DNA of 64,000 nucleotides from Perkinsus olseni (Eukaryota): NCBI GenBank assembly GCA_013115125.1, contig JABANN010000118.1, positions 1 to 64,000 of the forward strand, read 5' to 3'. Shown piece by piece: positions 51,301 to 57,879 of this stretch (position 1 is its first letter; each line of letters starts with the position of its first letter). The notes under the pieces were generated by a model. It saw only the letters and a program-made list of their open reading frames with translations, ran no database searches and was not told where the DNA came from. The position numbers and the translations under genes were made by a program.

Positions 51301-52625
51301 TGTCTGACGAGAACGGAAACTCTGTGTTGAGAGTCTTCGACATCGAGAATCCTACTGAGGGCGGTCCACTCACTTCCGCATGCAAGCCTCTCACTTGCAG
51401 TGCTGATGAGATTGCTGCAGCCTTCACCGAGGATATCCGCGCCAACCAGATTCTTCAGCCTGGTGGCCTTACTGGTGGTACTGAGTGTGGTGTCCTGTCG
51501 AGCACCAACAAGTACGGCGAGTTTTGCTTCACTGAGTGCAAGACTGGTTACTTCAACGCCAATCCCGACAACCGCGTCAGCTTCTACTGCGCTTGTGAGG
51601 ACGAGTCTTGTACCAAGCTCGTGTATCGTGAGCAGCAGCCGACTGACAAGGATATCACTGCTGGTGGTGCCGACTTCAACGTCTTCAGCAACAGTTCGAT
51701 CTGTATCCCGAGGACCTGCCCCGCTCTCACTGAGGAGGGTCTCAGGGCCAACGAGGTCCTTGGTGAATCCAACTGTACTAATGTTGGATTGCCTCAGGAA
51801 GTGTGCGAGACCTCGTGTGCTGAGGGTTACACTACTAGGGTGACAATGCCCGAAGCTACTGCTGTCGATCGTGTCTGCAGGAACGTCTACGACGCAGCCA
51901 GCGACACGTGGGCTATGCAATGGGCACCTACTGCTCGGTGTGTGAAGATCCCCACTGACGAGGACAAGGTCAGTGTCGGCAGTCGTCAGGCCAACAGGTT
52001 CACTCAGAAGCTCAGCATCGGCTTCAAGGTGGATCTTGGCACACAGACTAAGGAGGAGTACTTTGGGGATAAGAAGGATAGCATCAGTGACTCTGTATGC
52101 TCGGCTATCGCTCAGACGGCCTTCGGTGACTTCACTCCATGCATGCAAGACTTCGCAGCAGGCATCATCGCCTACGAGGACTTCTGCACAGACGTCTGTA
52201 CCGCATGTATGTCTTGTGATGTCTCCTTGGGTGCTCGCCGCACTCTTCGTGAACGCCGTCGACTCGCCGAGGGTGACCTCAACTTGGACGTCACCTACGA
52301 GGTCGAAGCAACTCCGGAGACCCTTGAGGACTACCAGGCCGGTGCCGCGGCTCTCGACAGCGATCCTCAAGTTGCCCAGGCTCTCCAGACGAACATGGCC
52401 AGTAACTTGAACTTGGCTGGTGTTCAGGTCTCGGAGGTGTCTGTCGATGCTGAGCCCGTAGTGATGGTTACGACCACTTCAACTACCGCTGCGCCGGTAT
52501 CTACTACGCCTGCACCTGAGGACGACGATGGCAGCAACACTGGTGCCATCATCGGTGGCGTCATTGGTGGTCTTGTTGGTATTGCCGTTATCGCCTTTGT
52601 TGCTATCAAGGTATTGAAGAAGTGA
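36309..52625 (+). CDS. Giant (about 5,400 aa) type I membrane / cell-surface protein: multiple SbsA/Big_5-type Ig-like repeats, Kelch/Asp-box beta-propeller, sushi-like Cys repeats, Thr-rich stalk, C-terminal TM
   Basis: 16.3-kb uninterrupted ORF with strong C/T third-position bias; repeated P..(D/N)GA..V...I...F(S/N/D)E.V and Y.(L/I).....A..D.AGN motifs; SRDHGVSW, SADMGATF, SRDGGDTF with hydrophobic-GG motifs; C..C..GY repeats; TM GAIIGGVIGGLVGIAVIAFVAI followed by KVLKK*. The true start is probably in an upstream exon (acceptor-like tcttgtctcag near 36339). Confidence 0.93.
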   Translation: MKLLYCFLVSDAAAFVQVRAVEGSPCISADNKCYLGATIVSEIPATTTNPTFNASASITILTDPAQIGQKPGTTTGYKASITCDQLADSWVRYPDGTMGFSHALFTFPTKDAGSYSLKVSIDANCVEDNAAVQYSSFASSCGLVSSTGACWAVSYTGGAKQYSGQNKPVCRTTSATGMANSVAGCMNNVTYPDVWAPTLMLADPSGYLGSSDNMYLDGFFTGTQVKLYFNEPVMVGTGKMCFLAYTSVGVFDPAASSCVTPSVPGSNPSMIVATAPSVKNRRYYLTVDGNAVQDMAGNYFPGINGRRFADFETDQGNFPDKCRVKNVDHVTYTWPASGLQNPAQFCQISFVRPLGAPVSYYPPHVSSPPKTDAAAAAVSLSSTPADTEVCYTFSESIYWTTCGSGTCLTNEWSFNYPPSASNLQFKVVTNFSSAYGNIESLKTTCTSALLSANGRAACAYSYLGTGAAASPSVTVNGGIYNGGNAGNCWLSPNEKQICCKPDAVLRHSATSMDNQHNLIMATAKESAIGFAGEFTHAFWVNATDIGTEMPRPLWVAWEGTEIDLTQGAANGPLEHTFLQLTTATITGQPGYYGAAGYKQGIHVHFNRHVKEGSGGYVKLVPHSYLHKNHKTIADLRDDEWHTSDTTNPGCVATHTVYEDPASTSWTASTRKYGHPCRIPVASTGNGDPVDAKLYTNNHLIVNPRSLMPGETYTVIFDNGTVITNDNTMKVDTFTFTATLKQSVNWGASTSDAARDTMSPRICCYVASTTNWATSLASIYAMKEAGYVHYSQTFMTTFHGPVRLGHGDFHMKCQVDGVTTAKVTVNAQDRDQVIPRGLKLFIDPRDPVDGKDSLWVPEDGTTPRCYWEADADAVIGLPAGTQISPFFQVELGDRRAPVLLDVKPYAKAGCTATSDPPCVTQSALAGGYGGRSLHYGKANAEDAFITLTFDEMVKFGPCDITLSNAGAVNAELGRTEFVWDLDGVTTSEHSAGVWSVGKSAFSSVTNNFNVIPDVTVASGGAAAESKWLSVRLFDLKKAETNTESGTGASGTACTATYPSGTETGFCSHNIQRTYQLVLQLPGTKLAPLATPWNLKIPHCAFYDWAVEATNAKEANGVVSGHADFIQGPDKVITVPIKISDDIYAPNITYSPCGRGSSSAPQGRKVMGHCFNLAGVEPSVGTPSYYEYPQPIGTFEFQGPITGLIPTNTTGAGYDRGVAADAVAQGYWFPFNKAIKQTVPVMLEFDEDITIDGNKKCIVSQAIMTDTANSDSSRIMTSELYTGYQSGRKPTNPIPDYHIYAQNYTAESPFDYGWNHSVLKYPACEWNTRHTYGACRDNNSDVIMSKYAQSYTWLKSATWSDYKPDSSTTGDTADGTTVSETSANAFQNINYFTMGDTNFVQYNGSYSYCVSAATQAASDFSGTQSCATSVTRYRLFFFLQFTPITAYKRDGHTYYRSVFRLKCEAGAFKDAAGNIADQTGVDYRFTFYQPTAEAAFDGLNSYPVVGGANNKNCTDYTTCTQTSDANGGPSVTNTSNIMWSFTQPVTFQPFSPGDGTEWGHKLVNREGPGDNAIDWRNSHEGNHYSRGNLSGAVTGNQLRAVFFNGTVKNGTIQAGHRWYIDGSGDLQFGEQFSRGFNTIGEFCNNTNKVGHVMGSGVEAAYVHFCEKDVSLSDFAILSADNKKMIFSTKMNRISEHNTGSYDQANRQGDTWAKYIGFYAPEGLFGVGQVHNYTFWQNRTSTNAAYRQSWGHGVDADMYYESGGENFLMTSHGLGYNHSKAAYYMSPDNPINHQTGLDNYVDEFHVIYGFFNPALGNLYDLKPEVLMVLPGARLNYGLMNPDGMGYREKNDYYSISDSPLAAGGPVGASSDYLHMDYRSGFGYDVDPMDPTALPSRSDANTKAARKAFQQVLTGHPNQGFSVGLIMSDAVQLSQLSTKSIKIYDCGEYVRMYGTIVNEPNCNEDSATKTASGNWASDDTYAQSSKFLGTFSAGAGKTADNAPATLVYEVTADGKCKNSLSGNSQCVADTNPVYISMNNSIGLNLLVDMVVVSTPWYVNFTHSHKYTMVIDDEVFYANQSFTNAGDTTKTANIKHTGLTLKSNGEPQADTSSLIGSRITPWYIRAHEPQIVKAKLDPADGATMVPRSVRPKIWFNTAMLHADNLNKAIPYETGMPQDEFHSLKPTFNQDATGQTDTPTYELVNHTTSAYCTGLICTLYHTHQKPYFDLDQYVDQFTGGRDYSLTIPDGLLYDSNGEEVFRGFPRPDAYVRTASSDVAQSYTFSTEDEDTVDPTLLYCCVVSREPTKFAKDQCDNGYSFGSQSQNITTKSGAFKFKCVFSEPVMFADSRARYFNARSGSCELKNDGLIGSPSGAVGSETADRVRAGKALDCKIKHHSLIVTTAENLDPGTNYTFHLDHQWIRDYSNNTLDLSFNDNKTLIEYCDPSLLLPMDQYYCANMRSNRMPLTTESVLAETVTDDSLRAPFRISNRTMSYKTYSLRFTTGSDIQQEQCWNCDNANDWNTADKVYASQANTLQINGFDITTADSVFTGARTNAFGWPDLHVTSQSSAPSRGSAPSTSAIGLMETSFYPNDRVLLRFNRPIVPYLDADQTDASGLTEEDWSAATKIEIQDCGPDHQCNSGLVIGGATANTSLGTSAGYSRTATSKLEVVYGYDSIYLNPGGAVPLSFLPGHKYRVTVPAKMVKMSSEYTYGGNINPNGQFIGSVPNYKRQFVEFVVSTASEDRRIYSPLGESILATQYLKSGVTGASQDNYAIIDKAYDDAANIDTADYINNIDSIKAYILLPSCENLVATLSSSATDPGTTALSTTKVTSGVTTDKYVWIFFPEKVQANTENNYYAVHLNRTVGTPNNGDDGDAVYEIGSSGIQVTNGYYLSFQLSGASNIRHNGLQYSLGIANGALFTDGGMKRGTYPNANPAGAAAASPMAAWQNLGISDEVKPKWIYWHKDGQSHIGISQCFKLKMASYEQADQVDTTKPVLRETFPSNGTLDAHPSTMMFLDFYDNSSSLAGATASSDVELYECSTKVCDVDMKARPAGVHAAATFQHCCDVSSCASFGKIETRAGVGKCSGNLVCEHNEDIFVQPYIESGGETRTRVYMKFASTSEKKSLNSGKCYSIRVKAGLVSDAAGNLNDAVTETTGYAQYWFRTQRLAASKLDFTQPSVVSYEPAKDATGVEKYRALSVTFDRAVRLDSSVVGTSSVSTSVYLRSYDPHYDDANRPASSVLPAGKKIINCDVAAQGSETETIITSGEDYTRRHGGPVQLSDDGKTLRVFPQGFANDDRVYCLIIADNAIMDASSGNYFGGLKCGDYCFTVAPFTGNEEPRLLDHFPRDQHDMSVNDVMSVDGNHWYMFDRDVKPGTGKFYFGMTSAASGASTKVEVLADSDPAAPSSAAVGSQNYLGRTRFEGSRVFVWRDGSQRHGQPALGYEATAVASSSGKYASALTAQTDYRVQMEFSNTVPEASDWPNVLKPIFREEVGTKYMHGLFDAYAAETPAPGGSLDYQRAEAGSGYCNGTLFRIGGTTSTGVVGEVCKSRDHGVSWNCDTVPGMARKNPQILCTRDYIYVVGGATGASGIVRSADMGATFTAIGDEGFEITSIPSEVDGIWQYGPEFPYSGFEGAAAGVVADWKVVVCGGGLEKCWKCASVNCAHWEQGGKVAEQVKDRVGGRMFANGHGDLILIGGTTAAGVPYSDVWRSRDGGDTFEQLTANIASDGVDKTGVSYTFAPRMDSCLVQTGDDTLHIIGGRNDSVSSTATMFQNDWYTSYPGRLDYYDSNFAAANEHYIGSGDAATQYAARPTVVGASPHWKQKRSIKDDVVLRFSEMLHDGKKYLPSRLVWVCRGSSRCSTTLGTASAATTAGGTYVAVCNVTQSGPLGRGCCQKVGVSADTVPRPIVGSGASASYLRTGDNSKSTIGQSEYLSPSSCDANAYTEIRGNTLSIKGLSTLSTMSAAADGDDITVFVPEGSVFDRHGNTIYSGSMPDPASTTYTESSTGPTGGDGFEYYFQAGVESGVVTIGGSYPEHATTQSAATSITALDTNLVIKFNTPAQKYWNQVEKYLTITSQLGYSRATEIKIPVNDSVMVDSRTALFHLGSKRLVPGHKYTATLSANSFVPSSMVNLPPFSMGDNHGGKANAQYSFTFFTVPKIADQAYVYGDDTVGVVGSAADSYRSAVPAPACAATEAGCNVANFSTSGMSDATAPLAVLDKMTFPANMATDVPLPTAADCSAPAEGTFCLNFQVAFNQHINLSHAGYFEIHNGSATQTQTQAGWLSSAYYKIPVTDVIADEANNVTWFQVSSEANLQAGTYYEIYIPSGVVTDYNAPTVNTGAFKVAFRTLDASAPASLPQVAYASVSIPEIGYFKTDMDIAACAAATATDANRAHCVPAYNGLDKHFDFIFTEPVAQVEEVDGAIGLTLFYGSYESVTSPQYKAAFDSGHVRVTVADADIAKGLTSSDTCVETTDGCLATIDLRLPNRFVQNKAQSDACAADGTSSACDAGFYNGTTGSKAITFKTYYPVPASTVGQKYGAGAGVGFYPADQATTNYHTISRDSAIHVEFSKEVFKGLDSATIEVAATHSAYNSKTYQVSDPEIETHGRYLVIRHKLAPGEKYTVSLTNSTVRDLNGYLNTFGVGDVTSKLDRTSFGVAPLIRFRQNFQTASSDSGSETCDYAGTSPHDSTAAECIGFTPRAAFGTCVATPDNRIVVAGGHCVECGSFNRQWDAKGTKIALSGYTTDISNKTFSMATYRQSHAGTGPGAWKICDDSCSDTELTESRSVLFREASITGLPVRGRGDAPSGYSRRFFNDKMMPRGKTTLSVCSLNQCMDCITGPKDFSTCAAEHVTPAFSSDSSDFFQVANGQNVSFACLPGYHVSGQPQTVREFSFTCRASQYDYKWEYPKESDQGACAEGPSNITCVENSPPCAAPTDATAYDLTDFDSMTSDADASISQNCMKGDIRYNSKCAIKCPVGYNLGGIPGYSTTAGLKCMSDENGNSVLRVFDIENPTEGGPLTSACKPLTCSADEIAAAFTEDIRANQILQPGGLTGGTECGVLSSTNKYGEFCFTECKTGYFNANPDNRVSFYCACEDESCTKLVYREQQPTDKDITAGGADFNVFSNSSICIPRTCPALTEEGLRANEVLGESNCTNVGLPQEVCETSCAEGYTTRVTMPEATAVDRVCRNVYDAASDTWAMQWAPTARCVKIPTDEDKVSVGSRQANRFTQKLSIGFKVDLGTQTKEEYFGDKKDSISDSVCSAIAQTAFGDFTPCMQDFAAGIIAYEDFCTDVCTACMSCDVSLGARRTLRERRRLAEGDLNLDVTYEVEATPETLEDYQAGAAALDSDPQVAQALQTNMASNLNLAGVQVSEVSVDAEPVVMVTTTSTTAAPVSTTPAPEDDDGSNTGAIIGGVIGGLVGIAVIAFVAIKVLKK

Positions 52626-53170
52626 AAGATGAAGTATACTTTTAGTTAATATTTTAATGACTATTATTATTTGACTATTTATGTGTGCGATGCTATTCAA
52701 TTATTATTTCGAGTTGATAACCACTGATACACACTAGGCTCATCGCGCGTTGATCTCACTGCCTGTGCGCAGACGACCGACCTGGAGCCTTCTATTTGTT
52801 AACGATGATTATCTATATCCAAGGTGTTTGATATTGAGTTGATAGTTGAACCCAACGGAAGAGGGACGTCTTGTAAAGTTTAAAGAAGCTCTTGTTGTAC
52901 CAAGTTGGTACACGTGAAGACTGAATCAGCGGACCTGGCACGCGCCGCTGCATTGAATGTGATTTCACTTGACTAAGATGTAGTAAGCCCAGCGTGTTGT
53001 CGATGCAGTGTATCGTAGCAGAGAGGGGTGATGTGATGATTATCGAAGTATTTCTTTGATGGCTAGAGAATGGCACGAATCCTCACATGCTCTAGGGTCA
53101 TATAGCTGATGAGCAGCAACAGATCTGCTCGTCGCGTATTGCAACTCGAGGACTGTGTCTTACTTCATAG

Positions 53171-54049
53171 GTGCCTTAGAAGCTCGCTACCAACTACTCA
53201 AGAATCAACGCATCGACTTGTCCGAACAGGAGTTGATCGACTGCGGTTTCCTCACCGGCACCCAGTAGGCACCTCAGAAGGACCCATAAGTTATGGGTTA
53301 TAATACGTCCATCAGTTACTGTTAGCTCCTGTTAATGTTTCTTCAGTGGTTGCAACGGCGGCTTGATCGAAGACGCATTCGTATTCATTGAGGCCTTTCC
53401 ATTGCCCAGGAGTCTGAGTATCGCTATACGGCTGAGGATGGCGCCGGCAAAACCTCGCTCGGCAACGCTGTATTAAAGGTGAGGGCGCTCGATTATTCGT
53501 CGCTGTTCGCATTCGGTGTGCCTGCTTTGTTTCAGGGAGCTCGAGTTGAGAGAGTGACGATGATCCCCCAAGGTTCAGTATCATCTCAAGAAGGCCCTAA
53601 CGACAGGGCCGGTCAGCGTCAGCCTGAGAGGCTCTGCCTTCAACTTTAAACACTTCGGCTCCGGCATTCTCACAGGTGAACTCAAAGGGGAGAGCTCTTG
53701 GATGATACGCCATGGCACTTTCAACCAGTCAGGTGCCTGTGATGGCCCAATCAACCACAGTGTCCTGGCTGCGAGATACGGCATCGAGAACGGTATAAAG
53801 TAAGTGATAAATGGTTCGTCTGTGATGATTGGACGCTGTGGACCAAGATACTGGTTATTGAAGAATTCCTGGGGACCTAGATGGGGTGATGCGGCGTACT
53901 TCAAAGTGGCACGGGACGTGGTCACCCCTGATGGTTTTGGTAAGCGTAGTTCAAGGGCCTTCACGGTTCTTGTCCTCGATGCCTCCTGCTCAGGTCAATG
54001 CGGCATCCTCTACCATGGCGCGTACCCGACCCTTGAGCATGTACTCTAG
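53171..54049 (+). pseudogene. 5'-truncated cathepsin L-like protease paralog
   Basis: [50 protein letters not shown]; apparent frameshift near 53395; no propeptide or CGSCW exon seen upstream. Confidence 0.75.
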
Positions 54050-54868
54050 CTTACCCGACCAAGATCAAGCTCTTATTCGAGGCTTTTTATCTGACGGGTG
54101 AACTGTCTCTTTAACATACCGTTTCTCCCATTTAACGGCATCACCTACAAATGGCGGGTCTTTTATTCTTTAATTGTCTTCTTATCATCATCAGACTGTC
54201 CAGTCAGGATCGCTTTCCAGCAACGACTCCCATGCCAGGCCTTGCGTTGCTAGTTTAGTGAACAACACAGGGTTCCCACAGTCTCCAACGATGAGACTTG
54301 AGTGAGCTGCTCCATCAGACGATCACAGTAAACGAGTTCCACCTTCTGGGCGATAGCTTCCGCCCAAGCACACTGTAACACAGAGCCACAACTTCAAAAG
54401 GAGACTTCCGAAGAGTGATGGACACCACCACGAACAGTTGAGACCCATGCACTGCTTACTGGCCATTGTTGATGCCATCCAGCGAGCTCTAGGGCACCCA
54501 ATTTGACGTCAGAAGTTGCCGACTAGCAATGGGTGGGCCCCGACGACGGTTAAGTTTCAATGCGGGATGAGGATTACATCGGGCAGGGGAGTTGCAGATC
54601 ATATCACATGGTTTGCGAATCTGCTATTTCCTCGAGCACCTTCCTGCGAGTTGCCGCGTCCCGTCCGCGCTCCGCCATCTGCCCCGTCTCTCTCATCCTT
54701 GTGCGTGCTCTCAGAGTTGCATGTGAGTTTAGAGTCCAACGCCGACAGTACGGCTTAGACTAGCGGTGACATCGGGACATCGCGGTGTCACGTCTCGCTA
54801 CACGTGACGCCAGCCGGTTGGTCTCGTCTCTCATCTCAGACGCTTTCAACTTTGGTCTCCTATCTGCT

Positions 54869-56400
54869 ATGCTGTATAATCTCCTCCTCTTCCCGTCTAT
54901 CTCCGCTCTCCTCGCCTATGGGAAAACGGGCGACGGTGGTGGCTGTGGTGGCGGGAGCTTCGTCGCTCGCAGTGACGACCGTGGCAACGTCCGCGGCTCT
55001 GCGGAGCTCGACGATTCCGCTGTTGCTGATGCTTTTTCTGACTTCCAACGAACGTGAGCGTTCATTCCCCAGGCCACGTGCGAACTTGAACTTGGTTTCA
55101 GGTTCAACAAAACATACCACGACGAAGCCGAGGCTGCCGCGAAGGCAGCGATTTTCGAAGACAATTGGAAGAGGATCGTGCAGCACAACGCGGAAGGTCA
55201 GCATCAGAGGGGAAGTGATGGTGAGGAAGATCGGCGTCCTTCAGACCACACTTTCAAACTGGAGATAAATGAGTACACTGATATGACCGACGATGAATGG
55301 GCCAACCACATGCTAGTCCGCGGAGGCCTGGAACTGCCTGCCGAATCGCCACTCGAAGGTAGCACTTTTCCAACAGGAACGTACAGAAGTCTAGTTGCAT
55401 GCTCAGCTGAGGTGGACGAGTTTGGAGCCGACGCTCAACTGCCTCCCGCGGTGGATTGGCTGGGAGCTGGAGTCCTGAGTCCGGTGAAGAATCAGGGGCA
55501 TTGTGGTAGCTGCTGGGCTTTCTCGACCACGGGTGAGATTATCCGGCATGGCAACTGAAAGACTATGTTTTCCCTCGTAGGTGCTCTAGAAGCTCGTTAT
55601 CATCTTCTCAAAAAACGGCCTATCAGTTTATCAGAACAGGAGTTGATCGACTGTGGTTACATCACCGGGAATCAGTAGGAGCCTCAATTCTGAACGACAC
55701 TCGTCTATCTGGTGTGAGAGGCATTGCCTTCTTCCCTCAGTGGTTGTGACGGCGGCCTGATGGGCAGGGGTTTTGAGTTTGTTGGACGCTTCGGTCTCGA
55801 CCTGGAAGGACGGTATCCCTACACCGCCGAGGAGGACTACTGCTATCTCGAGCGTCCTCGCATATTCAGCGTAAGAGCTGTTCATTCACCAATGGTCGTC
55901 AACAGTTGCTGTCGTTCAGGGTACGTATATCGAGAAAGTTACGAGAGTCCCTCGCGGTTCGGAGCATCATCTCATGAAGGCTCTCACCACAGGGCCAGTC
56001 AGCGTCTCTGTGAAGGCATCATCCTTCCATTTCAAACACTACCGCTCTGGCGTACTCACAGGTGAAACAGTACGGCATTTTTCGATTTGAACATTTTCCC
56101 GCTGTCAGGTAGCTGTGGTGGACGAGTTGACCATGGCGTCCTAGCTGTGGGCTACGGCGTCGAGAACGGTGTCGAGTGAGTGACTGAAGGTTCACTGTAG
56201 ACCGGATATTGTGATGTTAGATACTGGTTAGTGAAGAACTCCTGGGGGACCCAAAGTTGGGGCGAAAGGGCTGGCTACATCAAGCTGGCCCAATGGAATG
56301 TAGCAACTGGTGACGGCCTCGGTAAGTGAATATCGAGGGTGCTCGCGGGACAGGTCAATGCGGCATCCTGTCCTACGGCGTTTATCCGACGCTTCATTAA
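54869..56400 (+). CDS. Papain-family (C1A) cathepsin L-like cysteine protease with signal peptide and I29 propeptide (multi-exon)
   Basis: [76 protein letters not shown]. Confidence 0.95.
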
Positions 56401-56422
56401 CACTGTTAATGGTGAGTTGACG

Positions 56423-56473
56423 GCAGGGTGAGTTGAAGTGCTGTTAATTTAACAGCACTTCAACTCACCCTGC
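56423..56473. repeat. Perfect 51-bp palindrome (25-bp arms, 1-nt centre)
   Basis: GCAGGGTGAGTTGAAGTGCTGTTAA-T-TTAACAGCACTTCAACTCACCCTGC. Confidence 0.95.
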
Positions 56474-57569
56474 ACTCTGTGAGAATCTCAGCCTGTAATG
56501 GCGTCACATTATTAACTCACACACACGTTCAATCGGCTTCTCTAGAAAGAGAGGAGCGAGTCTCCATTTGAGGCTTCTTTATCTTCACGATTTCCCCTCG
56601 ATTCTGCCTACGGCTACTACAGTACTGAGTTTAAGTCCATCACTGCACATCACCATCCAACGTCGGTGAGTAGATACTCTAAGCCTTTTTATTCTTATCA
56701 GACAGTCTTATCTCAAGCACTTTCGACCTTCGACTTTCGTCTAAGGCTTTGCGTTACGAGTTCAGTCCATGACAGAGGAGCATGGCCGTGGGAAAGACCA
56801 TCCTGCGCGAGTACCGAGAAAAAACATTCGAAAGTGTTTGTTGAATCTGATTGGTTACGGGACGTCTGACGTGTTCTCACCGTAACTGCATTAGCACCTA
56901 CTGCTGCTCAGGATTGGACTCATTGCGAACTAACGGCCAATGGAAGCTGATTGACTAGTAAGACTGTCCGCTGGCGTCGGCCTCGCCAGAGTGCGTCATG
57001 GTGCCAATTGGGAGCGGCTCGACAGCCGAGCCATGACGCATTCCCAGCATTCAGTGTGTGATCATGCACCGAAGGGAGTCGCCGGATGCCACCAGACAAC
57101 GCTTTGATGTATGTGATTTTATTTTGGACCAACAGTGGAGTTGATCTTCATTTCAGATTAGGACTCAGTGGGGCTGTCAGCTCCGTCACGGCCCTTCGGC
57201 TTGCCTGGACTGTACTGTGGCGCTTGAGTTGGAAAGTGTCTGTTATAATCGATGAGTTCATTGCAACTCCGACCGCCGCCTTCAGCTTCCCCGATCGCTC
57301 CTCGACGCGTTACTCTTCGGCCGCGGTAAGGGCGGGGGATCTCTTGAACCGGCAGTGTGCTTACCCAGAAGCGATGTCCACCATGCACAATACTACGGGC
57401 CCCTCAGTGTCGGTGGATGATTAAGGAGCCTAGTGAGCGTGGCTTTGTGAAACGAGCTAACGTCCTTGCTCGCCTTTATCAATGAACTAACGTCAAAAAA
57501 CTCAAAGATTCTCACCTTAAGGGTGCGTTTGAGGGACTCTGGCAAACTCACAGCCTCTCTTCCCCGCAG

Positions 57570-57685
57570 TGAAGAATTCTTACCTCAGGTAAGAATTCTT
57601 CAAAACTTCCTGAAAAACTCTTGCCCTTTATGAATCAGATTCAAAACTCTTGAAAAATACAGGTAAGTTACCTGTATTTTTCAAG
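57570..57685. repeat. Cluster of perfect palindromes with 1-nt centres (16-, 6- and 18-bp arms)
   Basis: 57570-57602, 57631-57643, 57649-57685. Confidence 0.93.
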
Positions 57686-57879
57686 CTCTTTACTCTTCTC
57701 ACATTATAAGTAACAGCGGAAGAGATCGCAAGTCAGCTACAGAGCTAGCACGCTTATCATCATCCCAGCAAGATCTCAAGTTGAGTTTTGACGGAACGAC
57801 GTTAGCGTGCGCCCATCTGATCGATATCAGCGACTACCAGCTCGAATTCAGCCGAATTCTCCAAGTTGCGCCGCTTTCA

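Noticed and set aside
38865-52370. Long antisense ORFs (475, 745, 804 and 371 aa) opposite the giant gene
   Set aside because: Expected shadow ORFs caused by the strong codon bias of the sense gene; their composition is not protein-like
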